Origin: an uncultured Verrucomicrobiae bacterium
Lineage (GTDB): Bacteria; Verrucomicrobiota; Verrucomicrobiia; Chthoniobacterales; UBA10450
Direction: 5' to 3'
NCBI GenBank assembly: GCA_963735805.1
Contig: CAVTMK010000002.1
Coordinates: 1,312,001 to 1,376,000, forward strand
Length of the DNA: 64,000 bases
Shown piece by piece: positions 1-10,293 of the stretch; position 1 is the first letter of the stretch, and every line of letters begins with the position of its first letter. The notes beneath the pieces are model-generated. The model was not told the origin of the DNA. It did not search any database and saw only the letters and a list, made by a program, of their open reading frames with translations. Made by a program: the position numbers and the translations under genes.

Positions 1-156
1 ATGCTTTTCGAGAGCGGCCTCGGAAGCTCGGGCGCCTTTCGCGAACGCGTACGTAATAAGTGCAACCGACGGCCACGGGCTGAGGGTAAACGCCAATATG
101 GCAACTGCGATCAGGATAACGAGAACGCAGGCAGACCAGATAAGGAAGCGCTTCAT
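1..156 (-). CDS. 5' part of a membrane-anchored protein, probably an alpha/beta hydrolase (runs off the window edge)
   Basis: Read by hand from ATG at 156: MKRFLIWSACVLVILIAVAILAFTLSPWPSVALITYAFAKGARASEAALEKH, open to base 1. N-terminal TM/signal; family assignment is from recalled N-terminal similarity only. Confidence 0.5.
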   Translation of the reverse strand, partial: MKRFLIWSACVLVILIAVAILAFTLSPWPSVALITYAFAKGARASEAALEKH

Positions 157-204
157 GACGATCAGCTCCCGCCTCTCTCTAGGTCTTTGGTTGCTTCTTT
201 GCCA

Positions 205-882
205 TCAATCGCTTTTAGGCGTTCCCTCGACGACTTGGACGACGAAGCTCTTCTTCTCAGTTGTAGCCGTCGTAGCCGGGCCAGGTGATTCCAGCGGTTT
301 TTCGCCGACGATCGATGAAATCGCTGCCCGGAATTCCGCTTCGCGGTTCGAGGGAACATCTACAAGAACGCTAAGCCTACCCTTGTCCGGAAGACCTTTG
401 GTAGCAGAACCGCCGACTCGTGATGCGATGGTGACTACTTCGTCCGCGACTGCCTCCAGTTTCCCAGTTGCCGCTGGAACCACGATTTCACCGACACCGA
501 ACGGCGTGGGCGTGAATGTTGCGGCGGCGTGCTCCAAAGAATTCGCGATCTGCTCTCGCATTTGCTTTTCAAGCAATGGCCGATTCGGGTTCTTCGTTTC
601 GTGTCTGGCGATTAACCAAAGACCGATCCCAACGTTGACAGCAATGAGAACGATGAATGCTCCGCCAACGCGAAGTGCCATTTTGCGTCCTTGCTCCGTC
701 ACGTCCTGTTTTGGCGGCAACAGGACTTCCTGCGAATCGCCGCGCATACCCGCATGAATCTGGCGGGCAACCGCCAGTTCACGTTGCAACTGCTTGTCGG
801 AGATCAATCGCTGTTCCAGGACGACCCGCTCCGCCGCGGGCAATCTGCCCTCGAGATAATCAAAGAGCTTATCGGGATTCAT
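205..882 (-). CDS. Anti-sigma-factor-like single-pass membrane protein
   Basis: N-terminus 'DKLFDYLEGRLPAAERVVLEQRL' resembles anti-sigma N-domains; one TM helix (VGGAFIVLIAVNVGIGLWLIA). Confidence 0.55.
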   Translation of the reverse strand: MNPDKLFDYLEGRLPAAERVVLEQRLISDKQLQRELAVARQIHAGMRGDSQEVLLPPKQDVTEQGRKMALRVGGAFIVLIAVNVGIGLWLIARHETKNPNRPLLEKQMREQIANSLEHAAATFTPTPFGVGEIVVPAATGKLEAVADEVVTIASRVGGSATKGLPDKGRLSVLVDVPSNREAEFRAAISSIVGEKPLESPGPATTATTEKKSFVVQVVEGTPKSD

Positions 883-998
883 TGTTGAACGATTGAGAAA
901 GCGTCATGCTACAGGTCTCCGCACGCAATGACGAACTGTGCGGTTTCGCGCGGGAATGGACATTTGCTCTCTAACAGGGCGGCAATACAATCGTTGAG

Positions 999-3900
999 GT
1001 GGCCGGGAACGATCAGAAAGAGGTGCGGCGCCACGGGAGGATTTGGCATCGTGTGTTCGTCGGCCTCGCTGTGTGCGTGGCGCTGCTATTCATTTTTCAT
1101 CGTCCCATTTTGCTGGCGATTGGCCGGCAGATCGTGCTGCGGTACGCCGCGGGACAAAATTTAAAGATCGATTTTCGCCTGGAGGGCAATCCTTTCAGCC
1201 ATCTGACTGTACGAAATCTTCGCGCCTTTCCGACCGGGCCGTCGGCTATCGAATCGATCGACATTGATTCCCTGTATGTTGATTACAGTTTACCCGGACT
1301 CGCGCGACACGGGTTATCGCATTTTTTGGAAGACGTCGAAATGCGTTCGGCACACGTTGTCTTAAATCCTGCCAGAGCTGCGCAGCCCAAACCGCGTCCG
1401 AAACAAAACTTAAAATTACCTTCGGTGTTTCCAGAGCGGATTCGGCTGGCAGACGCCACGCTGGTGATCAGGAATAAGCCTAACGATTTCGTCATTGAAC
1501 ACGTTGATCTTGATTTCAACCCGGGCGCTCCGGGCGACGTGCGAATCGAAAAGTTGCAGCTTCCATCCGGTGACAGTTGGTCCAGAATTTCCGGGCAAGC
1601 TTCCTATACAAACAAGAATCTTGTTCTGCGTGATCTGATTCTCAGCGACCAGGAACAGATCCGTCTCGTAAATGTCGATGCATCGCGCATTGACGACAAA
1701 ACGCTGGGACTCAAATTCGAGTGCGCGATCGGTGGTGGTCAATTATCCGCTTCGGCCACGTTAACCGAAACAGAGACTTCGTTGAACGCGAAAATCAACG
1801 TGGCTGCGCAGAACATTACAGGTAAGTCGCTGAACAAATTTTTATTTTTGCGGGAAGATTTTTTTTCAGGCGAAATCGAGCGACTCGCTCTTGATGGAAC
1901 AGGAGTAGTCGATGCGCCGCATACATGGACCGGGACAATGTCGTTGCAGGTCAGCAATGCGCATCTGCAGGCAATCAATTTCGATCGTGGCATTGTGGAA
2001 GCTTCGGCAGAACGGGGCAACGCGATTTTGCGATCGGCAGACATCGTCCAGGATAAAAACGAGTTTCATTTTCGCGGGACGATGGAGCTGCCTTCTACGG
2101 TTCAGGATTTCGACCGCGCTCCAACGACTCTGGAAATTGCGGGAACGGCGCCTGACCTTCAACGACTAACTACAGGCACGCCTGTGCAATTGACCGGTTC
2201 GGCTCAGTTCACTGGAAAGATCGACATTGTGAATGCGAAGATTGAGGCAACTCTTGGCGTGACTGGAGAGTCAATCGGCTTTCGAGATGGAACGATTGAG
2301 AAGCTGAACAGCACGCTACGCGCGTCCAAGACGATTGCGAAGCCCGATACAAGGCAGGGATCGTCCCCCTCCGCTCAAGCTACGGCGGACAGGCCGGCTC
2401 CGGCTACAGCCAGGAGACCGTGGTTCGCGGACCTTCGCACCGCAATGGACTTCGAATTGGCCGGCATACGTTATCGGGATCACATCATCGATTCAGTGGA
2501 AGGTTCGTTAAATGGGAGCGACGATATTCTAGGGCTCGATCGGTTCGCGGTTCGGCGAAATCAAAATGACCTGAATGTTCGCGGTCGTTACAAGCTGCCT
2601 GCAGAGGTCGGCAAAGCTCTTTCGCAACCCGCTATGCTCGATGTGGTACTCAATGCGCCTGAAGCCGGCGACTTTTGGATCGAGAATTCTCCGAACAAAT
2701 TGAGTGGCCCGTTACAAATGACGGCGCAACTCGAATGGAAACAAGAGACAGCCAACGGACAGATTTCGATTTCCAGTTCAAACCTCAAGCTGCGAGACCT
2801 GGTTTTCCGGCAATTGAACGCGCAATGTTCGATTTCTAATAGCGTCGCGTATCTGAACGATTTCAGGACAAGTCTGAATGATTCGGACTTCTGTAGCGCA
2901 ACCGGGAGTCTGGATTTGCGGCAGCCTCATCATTACAACGGCAAGATTTCGGCGAGTGTAGCGAACTTATCGACGCTTCAACCGTTGCTTCGCACTTTTG
3001 GTAATCAGAACGAATTGGCAGGTTCAATTACACTTAACTGGGAAGGAAACGGAGCCGCGCAAATTTCGAAGAGCTCAGGGAACCTGAAATTCGTTCTGGA
3101 AAAGGGACGCTACGGAAACATGCAATCGCTCCGGGCAAATATTGATGCGTCCTATTCGCCCGACGGTCTTGATGTGCCGATCATCTTTTTCGCCAGCGGC
3201 AACACGGATTTTCAGGCAGTCGCGCAGGCAAAGGGCGAGACGCTCGAGATAACCAGGATTCAACTCGACCAGGGGCAGGCGAGATTTGCCTCGGGATATG
3301 TCTCTTTCCCGGTTGTGTGGCGAAATATTGGAACGAATGCAGGGGCAATTCCGTCGTCTGGCAAAGTGTTCGCCACAATTCAGTCCGAGAATCTGGATCT
3401 CAAGAAACTGTTTGGCGATCTCGGGATCAAAGCGGGAACATCGGGGGCGCTGAATGCGAGGCTCGACGCCGACGGCACAATTGAAGACTTGAATGCGCGC
3501 CTGGAAGTGCACGTGAGGGATCTGCGAAATGACACCTGGCCGAAAATGGAGCCAGCGACCTTCGATCTTAACGCGCAAGCCTCGCAGAATCGCCTGACAG
3601 TGTTGGGCAAACTACAGCAGGCACGAATTCAACCTCTGGAGGTAAACGCGAATATGCCTTTTGATATTCCGAAAATTGCGCGTGCGGGGAAATTGCCAGA
3701 CGAAACACCAATCACAGCAAAGGCGCGTCTGCCGCGCAGTTCCGTGAATTTTGTCCGGCAATTTGTTCCGGAACTCGAGCAACTCGATGGCGAACTTGGT
3801 TTGGATGTTGATGTAAGCGGAACGATCGGCAAACCGGTTTTTAGCGGGGCAGGGGACATGACGGTGAATGTTGCTCGTTTTACGAATGCGAGTCTGCCTG

Positions 3901-4934
3901 CGTTAACAAATTTTAGTGCACGCCTAAGCTTCGCACAGAACGCCCTTAGCCTGGAGCGATTCGGCGGAGACCTTGCCGGCGGTCCATTCACAATAAGCGG
4001 CCGCGTCACTTTTCCGAAGCTGACGCAACCGACATTGGATTTCCAACTGAAGGCAACCAGCGTGTTGCTTGCGCGAAATGATACACTCACCTTCCGCACG
4101 GACGCAGACATAACGGTTACCGGTCCGTTCGCGGCCGCAACAGTCAGCGGCAACGTCGCACTGACGAACAGTCATATTTTGAAGAACATCGATCTAATTC
4201 CGATCGGTTTGCCGGGCAGACCCGCACCAGAACCGCCGTCGGAGCGTCCCGAATTTTCGATCTCCACCCCGCCATTTCGCGACTGGAAATTCGATGTCGC
4301 AATCAAAACGAAAGATCCTGTGCTGATTCGCGGAAACCTGGCTACCGGGCAGGCGACAAGCGATCTAAAGTTAACTGGAACCGGACTGCATCCGGGGCTG
4401 CAAGGATTAGTGCGGATGGAAAAGGTAGAAGCGACTTTGCCATTCAGCCGATTGGAGGTGTCACGCGGCTCACTGACTTTCGATCCGAGCGACTCGATGA
4501 ATCCGAGAATTGATCTCGAAGGAACATCGGTGATCCGCGATTACACGGTACGTGTTTATGTATATGGAACCATCCTTTCACCCCAAGCCATTTTTACCAG
4601 TGAACCGCCTCTGCCGCAGGAAGAAATCATTTCCCTAATCGCAACTGGTGCGACACGAGAGGAGCTATCGGGCAACAATAACGTCCTGGCGGGGCGTGCC
4701 GCCATGTTGCTGGTGCAGCAGCTTTACCGGAAAATCTTCAAAAAAGGCGAACCAACCCAAAGTAACGCAATCTTTAATCGCCTGGACTTGGATTTGGGAA
4801 CAGTCGATCCGCGGACCGGCCAGCAGCAGGCGACCGCGCGATTCAAGATCAACGATCACCTGGTTCTCACCGGCGATGTCGGCGTGAGAGGCGATTTTCG
4901 GGGAAAGTTAAAATATCTGATTCGGTTTCGCTAA
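999..4934 (+). CDS. tamB: Translocation and assembly module TamB-family protein
   Basis: 1311 aa, N-terminal TM anchor, beta-rich AsmA-like body, DUF490-like C-terminus (FTSEPPLPQEEIISLIATG); adjacent to an Omp85 gene. Confidence 0.85.
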   Translation: MAGNDQKEVRRHGRIWHRVFVGLAVCVALLFIFHRPILLAIGRQIVLRYAAGQNLKIDFRLEGNPFSHLTVRNLRAFPTGPSAIESIDIDSLYVDYSLPGLARHGLSHFLEDVEMRSAHVVLNPARAAQPKPRPKQNLKLPSVFPERIRLADATLVIRNKPNDFVIEHVDLDFNPGAPGDVRIEKLQLPSGDSWSRISGQASYTNKNLVLRDLILSDQEQIRLVNVDASRIDDKTLGLKFECAIGGGQLSASATLTETETSLNAKINVAAQNITGKSLNKFLFLREDFFSGEIERLALDGTGVVDAPHTWTGTMSLQVSNAHLQAINFDRGIVEASAERGNAILRSADIVQDKNEFHFRGTMELPSTVQDFDRAPTTLEIAGTAPDLQRLTTGTPVQLTGSAQFTGKIDIVNAKIEATLGVTGESIGFRDGTIEKLNSTLRASKTIAKPDTRQGSSPSAQATADRPAPATARRPWFADLRTAMDFELAGIRYRDHIIDSVEGSLNGSDDILGLDRFAVRRNQNDLNVRGRYKLPAEVGKALSQPAMLDVVLNAPEAGDFWIENSPNKLSGPLQMTAQLEWKQETANGQISISSSNLKLRDLVFRQLNAQCSISNSVAYLNDFRTSLNDSDFCSATGSLDLRQPHHYNGKISASVANLSTLQPLLRTFGNQNELAGSITLNWEGNGAAQISKSSGNLKFVLEKGRYGNMQSLRANIDASYSPDGLDVPIIFFASGNTDFQAVAQAKGETLEITRIQLDQGQARFASGYVSFPVVWRNIGTNAGAIPSSGKVFATIQSENLDLKKLFGDLGIKAGTSGALNARLDADGTIEDLNARLEVHVRDLRNDTWPKMEPATFDLNAQASQNRLTVLGKLQQARIQPLEVNANMPFDIPKIARAGKLPDETPITAKARLPRSSVNFVRQFVPELEQLDGELGLDVDVSGTIGKPVFSGAGDMTVNVARFTNASLPALTNFSARLSFAQNALSLERFGGDLAGGPFTISGRVTFPKLTQPTLDFQLKATSVLLARNDTLTFRTDADITVTGPFAAATVSGNVALTNSHILKNIDLIPIGLPGRPAPEPPSERPEFSISTPPFRDWKFDVAIKTKDPVLIRGNLATGQATSDLKLTGTGLHPGLQGLVRMEKVEATLPFSRLEVSRGSLTFDPSDSMNPRIDLEGTSVIRDYTVRVYVYGTILSPQAIFTSEPPLPQEEIISLIATGATREELSGNNNVLAGRAAMLLVQQLYRKIFKKGEPTQSNAIFNRLDLDLGTVDPRTGQQQATARFKINDHLVLTGDVGVRGDFRGKLKYLIRFR
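2354..2408. repeat. GTAG-type REP-like element with a nested second palindrome, in frame inside tamB
   Basis: CCTCCGCTCAAGCTACGGCGGACAGGCCGGCTCCGGCTACA; its reverse complement aligns with the 15317 element; encodes the low-complexity stretch SSPSAQATADRPAPAT. Confidence 0.65.
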
Positions 4935-4935
4935 C

Positions 4936-7116
4936 ATGGGACGCAGGGTCATTTTCTGTCTCGGAAGTATGGCCCTCGTATTTGAGGTCGCGGCCCAGAC
5001 CGCGGTCGATGTGGCGCGACCCGAAGAGAGACAAAAAGCGCAGCAGGCGGTCGTAAAAGAACAGGAGAAACGGGCGAAGCGGGCAAGCATTATCGAGTTT
5101 CGCGGCCAGCAGTCTTTCGATGAGAAAGAATTACGTTCGGCCTTGAAAGAAGAAATCGCGACGATCGAGGATTATGGATTAAGCCCCGCGCGAGCGGACG
5201 ATCTCGCCTTTTTTCTGGAGGTTTTCTATCGAAAACACGGCTACGCGAAAGTGAACGTGCACTACGTGATCGAATCGGGCGATCGATTGCGTCTCGATAT
5301 TACGGAAGGCCCGCGTTTCATGATCGGAACTGTGACGTTCGCCGGAAATGCCAAGGAACCAGCGGACAAGCTTTTCGATTACATGGTGGGTCCGACCCGC
5401 GAACGATACTCGAGCATCGAGAAACGGTTGCCCTTTGTTGCTGCGGACATGGAGGAAGGAGTTGGCTTGGTACATCGCTTTTATGTCGCGGAAGGTTTTT
5501 TAGATGCCGAAGTCGATCCGCCGCGATACACCTTTCAGGAGAATAGTAGTCAGGTTGACGTCGTGGTTCCGATTCACGAAGGGCGACAATACTTCTTTGG
5601 CCACATCGCGTTCTCCGGGCGGTCCGTTTACGGTGCTGAGACATTGCGCGGACAACTTGGCGATCTGTTGCAGCGGCCTTACACCGACGCGCGTGTAGCC
5701 GATATTCCTCGCCGGCTACAGGCATATTTCAAAACGCGCGGATATTACGATGTCAAAGTCGTGGCCAACGGCGCGCCGGAGGAAGCGGTTGATGGCCGCG
5801 TGCCGGTGCAGATCACGATTTCGGCTGGACCAGTTTACCATTTCGATGGCGTTACTGTTCGCGGGCTTCAGCGATTGCATCCCAGCTTCGTGATCAAACG
5901 ATTTAGCCGGTTGAATGGAAAGACGTACAGCCCGGATCTTCTCGATGAGCGATTTCGTACGCTCATGAAGACCGGCCTTTTCAACGTGCTGCAAATCAAG
6001 CCAGTCCCTGTCGATGGACATCTGTTGCGGCTCGACATCTCCGCCGAAGAGGCAAAAAGCAAAGAATTTGGTTTTTGGGGTGGGTTCGACACATACGAAG
6101 GCGCACTGGCTGGTGTACAGATTGGTGATCGCGACCTTTTCGGCTACGGACGTCCACTTACCGCATCGATCGAGGTTTCACAGCGCAGCTACAAAGGTGA
6201 GATTTTGTACCAGGATCCGTTTTTTCTGGACACAGATGTTTTCTTCAGAGCGCGGATTAATGCTTTTACTTTTGACTATGACGGCTACACAAAATTCGAA
6301 TTAGGCGGACGAGCCGAATTCACTCAAAAGATCACGAAATATGACGAGGTAGGTCTGGTTCTCGCTGTACGCCATGTAAAAATCATCGACTCTCAGATTA
6401 AGCCGGCATTTCTCCTGGGGGACACGACGAACTATCTCGTCAACACAATTGGACTCACAAATACTCTCGATTTTCGTGAAAGCCCGCTGGTGAACCCTCG
6501 TGGCTTTCTTATTGGCAACACAGTGGACGTGGCTTCCAACGCGTTTGGAAGTGATATCCAATATGTCCGCGGCACAATGCGAGTTGGATACTATCATCCA
6601 TTTGGACCAAAGGCTCTCACACCCGGCGTAGTGGAAGACCAATCCACCGGAACTCCTTTCCAGCAGTGGTTTCATCAATCCTCGATCGCGTTCGGCGCTC
6701 GCGCCGGGATCATTCATTCGCTCACCAGTAGTGGCGCCGCCGAAGCGACTGCCATTCCCATTGACGAACGATTTTTTAATGGCGGCGCAACAAGCGTGCG
6801 CAGCTTCGGCGAACGCGACCTTGGTCCCCACGATAATCACGGTCATCCGGTCGGTGGAGAATTCTTCACCGTGTTTAATGTCGAATACACCTTTCCAATT
6901 CTGGGAGAACTGCAAGGAGCCGTATTCTTTGACGCCGGCAATCTTCTGCCGACATCGGAAGACATCGGGGTCGACGATATGCGTTATGCCATTGGTGCGG
7001 GCCTGCGCTACAAACTGCCCGTTGGTCCGATACGTCTCGACTATGGTGTCAATCCCGATCCGCGGCCGGACGAAGATTTCGGCGCGTTTCATTTCAGCTT
7101 TGGCTTTGCTTTTTAG
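4936..7116 (+). CDS. BamA/TamA-family (Omp85) outer-membrane protein with POTRA domains
   Basis: POTRA-like repeats (YRKHGY, YFKTRGYY), 'GGATSVRSF' lid motif, 'PVGPIRLDYG', C-terminal 'FHFSFGFAF'. Confidence 0.9.
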   Translation: MGRRVIFCLGSMALVFEVAAQTAVDVARPEERQKAQQAVVKEQEKRAKRASIIEFRGQQSFDEKELRSALKEEIATIEDYGLSPARADDLAFFLEVFYRKHGYAKVNVHYVIESGDRLRLDITEGPRFMIGTVTFAGNAKEPADKLFDYMVGPTRERYSSIEKRLPFVAADMEEGVGLVHRFYVAEGFLDAEVDPPRYTFQENSSQVDVVVPIHEGRQYFFGHIAFSGRSVYGAETLRGQLGDLLQRPYTDARVADIPRRLQAYFKTRGYYDVKVVANGAPEEAVDGRVPVQITISAGPVYHFDGVTVRGLQRLHPSFVIKRFSRLNGKTYSPDLLDERFRTLMKTGLFNVLQIKPVPVDGHLLRLDISAEEAKSKEFGFWGGFDTYEGALAGVQIGDRDLFGYGRPLTASIEVSQRSYKGEILYQDPFFLDTDVFFRARINAFTFDYDGYTKFELGGRAEFTQKITKYDEVGLVLAVRHVKIIDSQIKPAFLLGDTTNYLVNTIGLTNTLDFRESPLVNPRGFLIGNTVDVASNAFGSDIQYVRGTMRVGYYHPFGPKALTPGVVEDQSTGTPFQQWFHQSSIAFGARAGIIHSLTSSGAAEATAIPIDERFFNGGATSVRSFGERDLGPHDNHGHPVGGEFFTVFNVEYTFPILGELQGAVFFDAGNLLPTSEDIGVDDMRYAIGAGLRYKLPVGPIRLDYGVNPDPRPDEDFGAFHFSFGFAF

Positions 7117-7117
7117 C

Positions 7118-7142
7118 TGTAGCCGCTTCCCTGTGGGAAGCG
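7118..7142 (+). repeat. GTAG-type REP-like hairpin
   Basis: TGTAGC followed by the hairpin CGCTTCCC-TGT-GGGAAGCG, directly after the Omp85 stop. Confidence 0.55.
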
Positions 7143-7190
7143 TTGCGCTCGTATGTTAAGCATATCCAGGGCGCACTGCCCACACAGACG

Positions 7191-8669
7191 ATGAACGACC
7201 CACGATTGCTTGGCGACACTTCACCGGAGGAATTCCGCAGACAGTTGCACGAGCTGGCGGATTGGATCGCGGATTTTCGGCAAAATTTAGGATCTCTGAA
7301 AGTCGCGCCTAACGACAAACCGGGCGCGATTCTGGACGCGCTCCCCGCGAAGCCACCTGAAGAAGGTGAAGCGTTTGATAATATTTTGAGCGATATCGAT
7401 CGGCTCATCGTGCCTGGCATGGTGCATTGGAGTCACCCGATGTTTCTCGGGTATTTTGGCTGGACGACGAGCGCTCCCGCCATTCTCGGCGAAATCATCA
7501 CTGCGCCGCTTAACGTGAATGCGATGACGTGGCGTACATGTCCGGCCGCCACCGAACTGGAGACACTGGTGGTCGATTGGATCCGGCAATGGATGGATCT
7601 ACCGGGCGAATTTGGAGGCATCGTGTATGACACCGCGTCCGTGGGCGTGATGCACGCATTGGCCGTGGCGCGCGAAGAGGCTGCGCCGTCGGTGCGTAAG
7701 CACGGATTGGTCGGTGCAGGCGCGCCGGTGTTTCGCATTTACGCTTCTGAGCAAGCTCATAGCTCAGCGGAAAAAGCGGCGATTGCGCTAGGCCTGGGCG
7801 AAGAAAATGTGCAGCGCGTTCCGACGGATGCGGAATTCCGGATGAATGCGAGCGCGCTCCGCGAAATGATTGCGCGCGACGTTCGTGACAGTTTCAAACC
7901 GTTGGCAGTCATCGCCACTGTCGGTACTACCTCAACCGCGAGCGTTGACCCCGTTCCCGAAGTCGCGCGAATTTGCCGCGAAAAAAAGATGTGGCTTCAC
8001 ATCGACGGTGCCTATGGTGCGGGTTTCGCAATTCTGCCAGAAAACAAGTCGCTGACTAACGGTTGGAACGAAGCCGATTCCATCGTGGTGAATCCGCATA
8101 AGAGTCTTTTTGTTCCGCTCGATTTTAGCGTACTTTACGTGCGCGATCTGGAGCGGCTTCGACGAGTGTTCACGCTTGTGCCGGAATATTTGCGCGGCGA
8201 CACGGTCGAGGCGCAAAAAAATTATATGGACTACGGCATCCAGCTCGGTCGCAGGTTTCGGGCACTAAAAGCATGGGTAATCTTTCGCAGCTTTGGCAGG
8301 GAAGGTATGGCCGCCCGTCTTCGCGAACACATTCGATTGGCCGACCTCTTCGCTGATTGGATTAAGAGTGACAATCGCTTCGAACTGGCTGCGCCCGTGG
8401 GTCTGGCCGTGGTTTGTTTTCGATGGGTTGGGCCTGTAGCCGGCGTCGGTGACGCCGGGCCGGGGTCAGCGCCCCCGGCTACAACAGAAGATGAAATTGA
8501 TCAGTTAAACAGCGAGATCGTCGAGAAAATCAACGCGAGCGGTCGCGCTTATCTCACGCAAACAAAATTGCGAGGCCGAACGGTGATGCGAATTGGTCTC
8601 GGCAATGTGCTCACGACTGAGAGGCATTTGCATGAGGCGTGGGAAATGATTCGGGAAATCGCTCCATAG
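7191..8669 (+). CDS. Group II PLP-dependent decarboxylase (aromatic L-amino-acid decarboxylase family)
   Basis: PGMVHWSHPMF, TCPAATELE, HIDGAYG, PLP-lysine motif NPHK, GRRFRALK; start placed at ATG 7191. Confidence 0.9.
   Translation: MNDPRLLGDTSPEEFRRQLHELADWIADFRQNLGSLKVAPNDKPGAILDALPAKPPEEGEAFDNILSDIDRLIVPGMVHWSHPMFLGYFGWTTSAPAILGEIITAPLNVNAMTWRTCPAATELETLVVDWIRQWMDLPGEFGGIVYDTASVGVMHALAVAREEAAPSVRKHGLVGAGAPVFRIYASEQAHSSAEKAAIALGLGEENVQRVPTDAEFRMNASALREMIARDVRDSFKPLAVIATVGTTSTASVDPVPEVARICREKKMWLHIDGAYGAGFAILPENKSLTNGWNEADSIVVNPHKSLFVPLDFSVLYVRDLERLRRVFTLVPEYLRGDTVEAQKNYMDYGIQLGRRFRALKAWVIFRSFGREGMAARLREHIRLADLFADWIKSDNRFELAAPVGLAVVCFRWVGPVAGVGDAGPGSAPPATTEDEIDQLNSEIVEKINASGRAYLTQTKLRGRTVMRIGLGNVLTTERHLHEAWEMIREIAP
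8435..8483. repeat. Inverted pair of GTAG-type REPs inserted in frame in the decarboxylase
   Basis: TGTAGCCGG...CCGGCTACA termini enclosing the hairpins CCGGCGTC-GGT-GACGCCGG and CCGGGG-N7-CCCCGG. Confidence 0.8.
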
Positions 8670-8724
8670 AGCGGCAGTTACTGATTTGCGGCTGAGGACA
8701 GCCGCCTCTACAATTTCTCCCGTT

Positions 8725-10254
8725 ATGATGAAGTTACTGCGCAAGCACCGGGACTGGCTGATGATCGTGATCGCCATCCTCGCGATCCCGTTCATTTTCT
8801 ATTTCGTGCAGAGGCCGGATTACGGCGCGATGCGGTCCGATCGATTTGCTCGCATTTATGATCGGAATGTTTCGATGTTGGAGGCGCAACAGATGGTGCG
8901 CCTGCTCAGTCTGGCACAGGCGCTTGGTATGTCCGAGTTTGTGCAGACCCTGACGGCCGGAGCCGGCATGAACCAGAATCAGACGGGGGTGCAATTCATC
9001 GTGAATCTATTGGTTCTGCGCCACGAAGCCGATCGGCTGGGTATTCGTCCGACTTACGCTGAGATTGCCGATGTGGTGCGCACATTGCCCGCGTTCCAGG
9101 GCGACTCCGGCTTCGACATGAAAAAGTTTAGTGATTTTGCGCCTAATTGGTTGACGCCAATGGGTCTGTCCGAAGAGCACATCGAGCAACTGGTTCGCGA
9201 CCAACTTTCGTTGGATCGAATCAAACAGCTTTTAGCCGCAGGTGTTACAGTTCCCAAAGGTGAGCTCGATGAGAATTTTCAGCGCGGTCACGACACGTTA
9301 TTCGTCACTGTCATTCGGTTTCAGGCGAGCGATTTCGGTAACGAGATCAAAGTGAGTGACGAAGATGTGCAGAAGCATTATGACGCGCATAAGGCCGAGC
9401 TTAAAAGTGACGAGAAACGCAAGGTCGAGTTTGTCAGCCTCGCACTCACCGATGACGAAAAGAAATTAACTGGAAAGGAGCGGATTGAGGTTTTGCAAAA
9501 GCTGTCCGACCGCGCGACCGATTTTACGCAAGCGTTGCTAGAGAAAGGAGCGGACTTCAAGCAGGCTGCTGAGAAATTTCACCTACCGGTGCATGAAACT
9601 GGCGAATTCACCAAAGCACAGCCCGATCCGCAGTTGAAAGTCGATCCGGGGCTTGTCACTGCAGCTTTCAAGCTGTCAATGCAAGAGCCGAACGGCGATC
9701 CCATTCAGGTCTCCGATGGATTTTATATTTTGCATCTTACGGGGATTACTGAAGCGCGTCCGCTGACACTCGAAGAAGCGAAGCCAAAAATCGTGGACAC
9801 GATCACGAAATCGAAGGCACGCGAGTTGATGTCGACGAAAGCTGCGGAGGTAGTTCAACAATTGCGTGAAGCGAAGCAATCCGGACAACCACTTGAAGCA
9901 GCCATTCAAAAAGCTGGCGTGAAGACCGAAAAGATCGAGCCATTTTCACTGATCGAAGAGGCGAAACCGAAATCGCAAGGCATGGAAGTAAAGAAAAATG
10001 AATCAACTGATCTTCCCTTCATCAAACAGGCGGTCGCATTTCTGAACGCGGGCGAGGTCAGCGATTTTTTCCCCGCAGGTGAAAGTGGATTTATTGCGGT
10101 CCTGGAAAAGCGGGAGCCATTAGCCGACGCCAAAGCTGCCGAGAAAAAGTTGGCTTACGAGAAAAGGCTTCTCGATAACAAGCGGCGAATCGTTTTGACG
10201 GAATGGCTGCGTGACCGGGGACAAGACGCTGGGCTCCAATACACCAAAGGCTAG
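8725..10254 (+). CDS. SurA N-terminal-domain / PpiD-like periplasmic chaperone
   Basis: N-terminal TM anchor, SurA_N-like 'PAFQGDSGFD', rotamase-like 'DPIQVSDGFYILHL', 'PLTLEEAKPKI'. Confidence 0.8.
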   Translation: MMKLLRKHRDWLMIVIAILAIPFIFYFVQRPDYGAMRSDRFARIYDRNVSMLEAQQMVRLLSLAQALGMSEFVQTLTAGAGMNQNQTGVQFIVNLLVLRHEADRLGIRPTYAEIADVVRTLPAFQGDSGFDMKKFSDFAPNWLTPMGLSEEHIEQLVRDQLSLDRIKQLLAAGVTVPKGELDENFQRGHDTLFVTVIRFQASDFGNEIKVSDEDVQKHYDAHKAELKSDEKRKVEFVSLALTDDEKKLTGKERIEVLQKLSDRATDFTQALLEKGADFKQAAEKFHLPVHETGEFTKAQPDPQLKVDPGLVTAAFKLSMQEPNGDPIQVSDGFYILHLTGITEARPLTLEEAKPKIVDTITKSKARELMSTKAAEVVQQLREAKQSGQPLEAAIQKAGVKTEKIEPFSLIEEAKPKSQGMEVKKNESTDLPFIKQAVAFLNAGEVSDFFPAGESGFIAVLEKREPLADAKAAEKKLAYEKRLLDNKRRIVLTEWLRDRGQDAGLQYTKG

Positions 10255-10293
10255 ACCGTAACGACCGCCGCGCCGGCGGGCTGAATCCTGACA

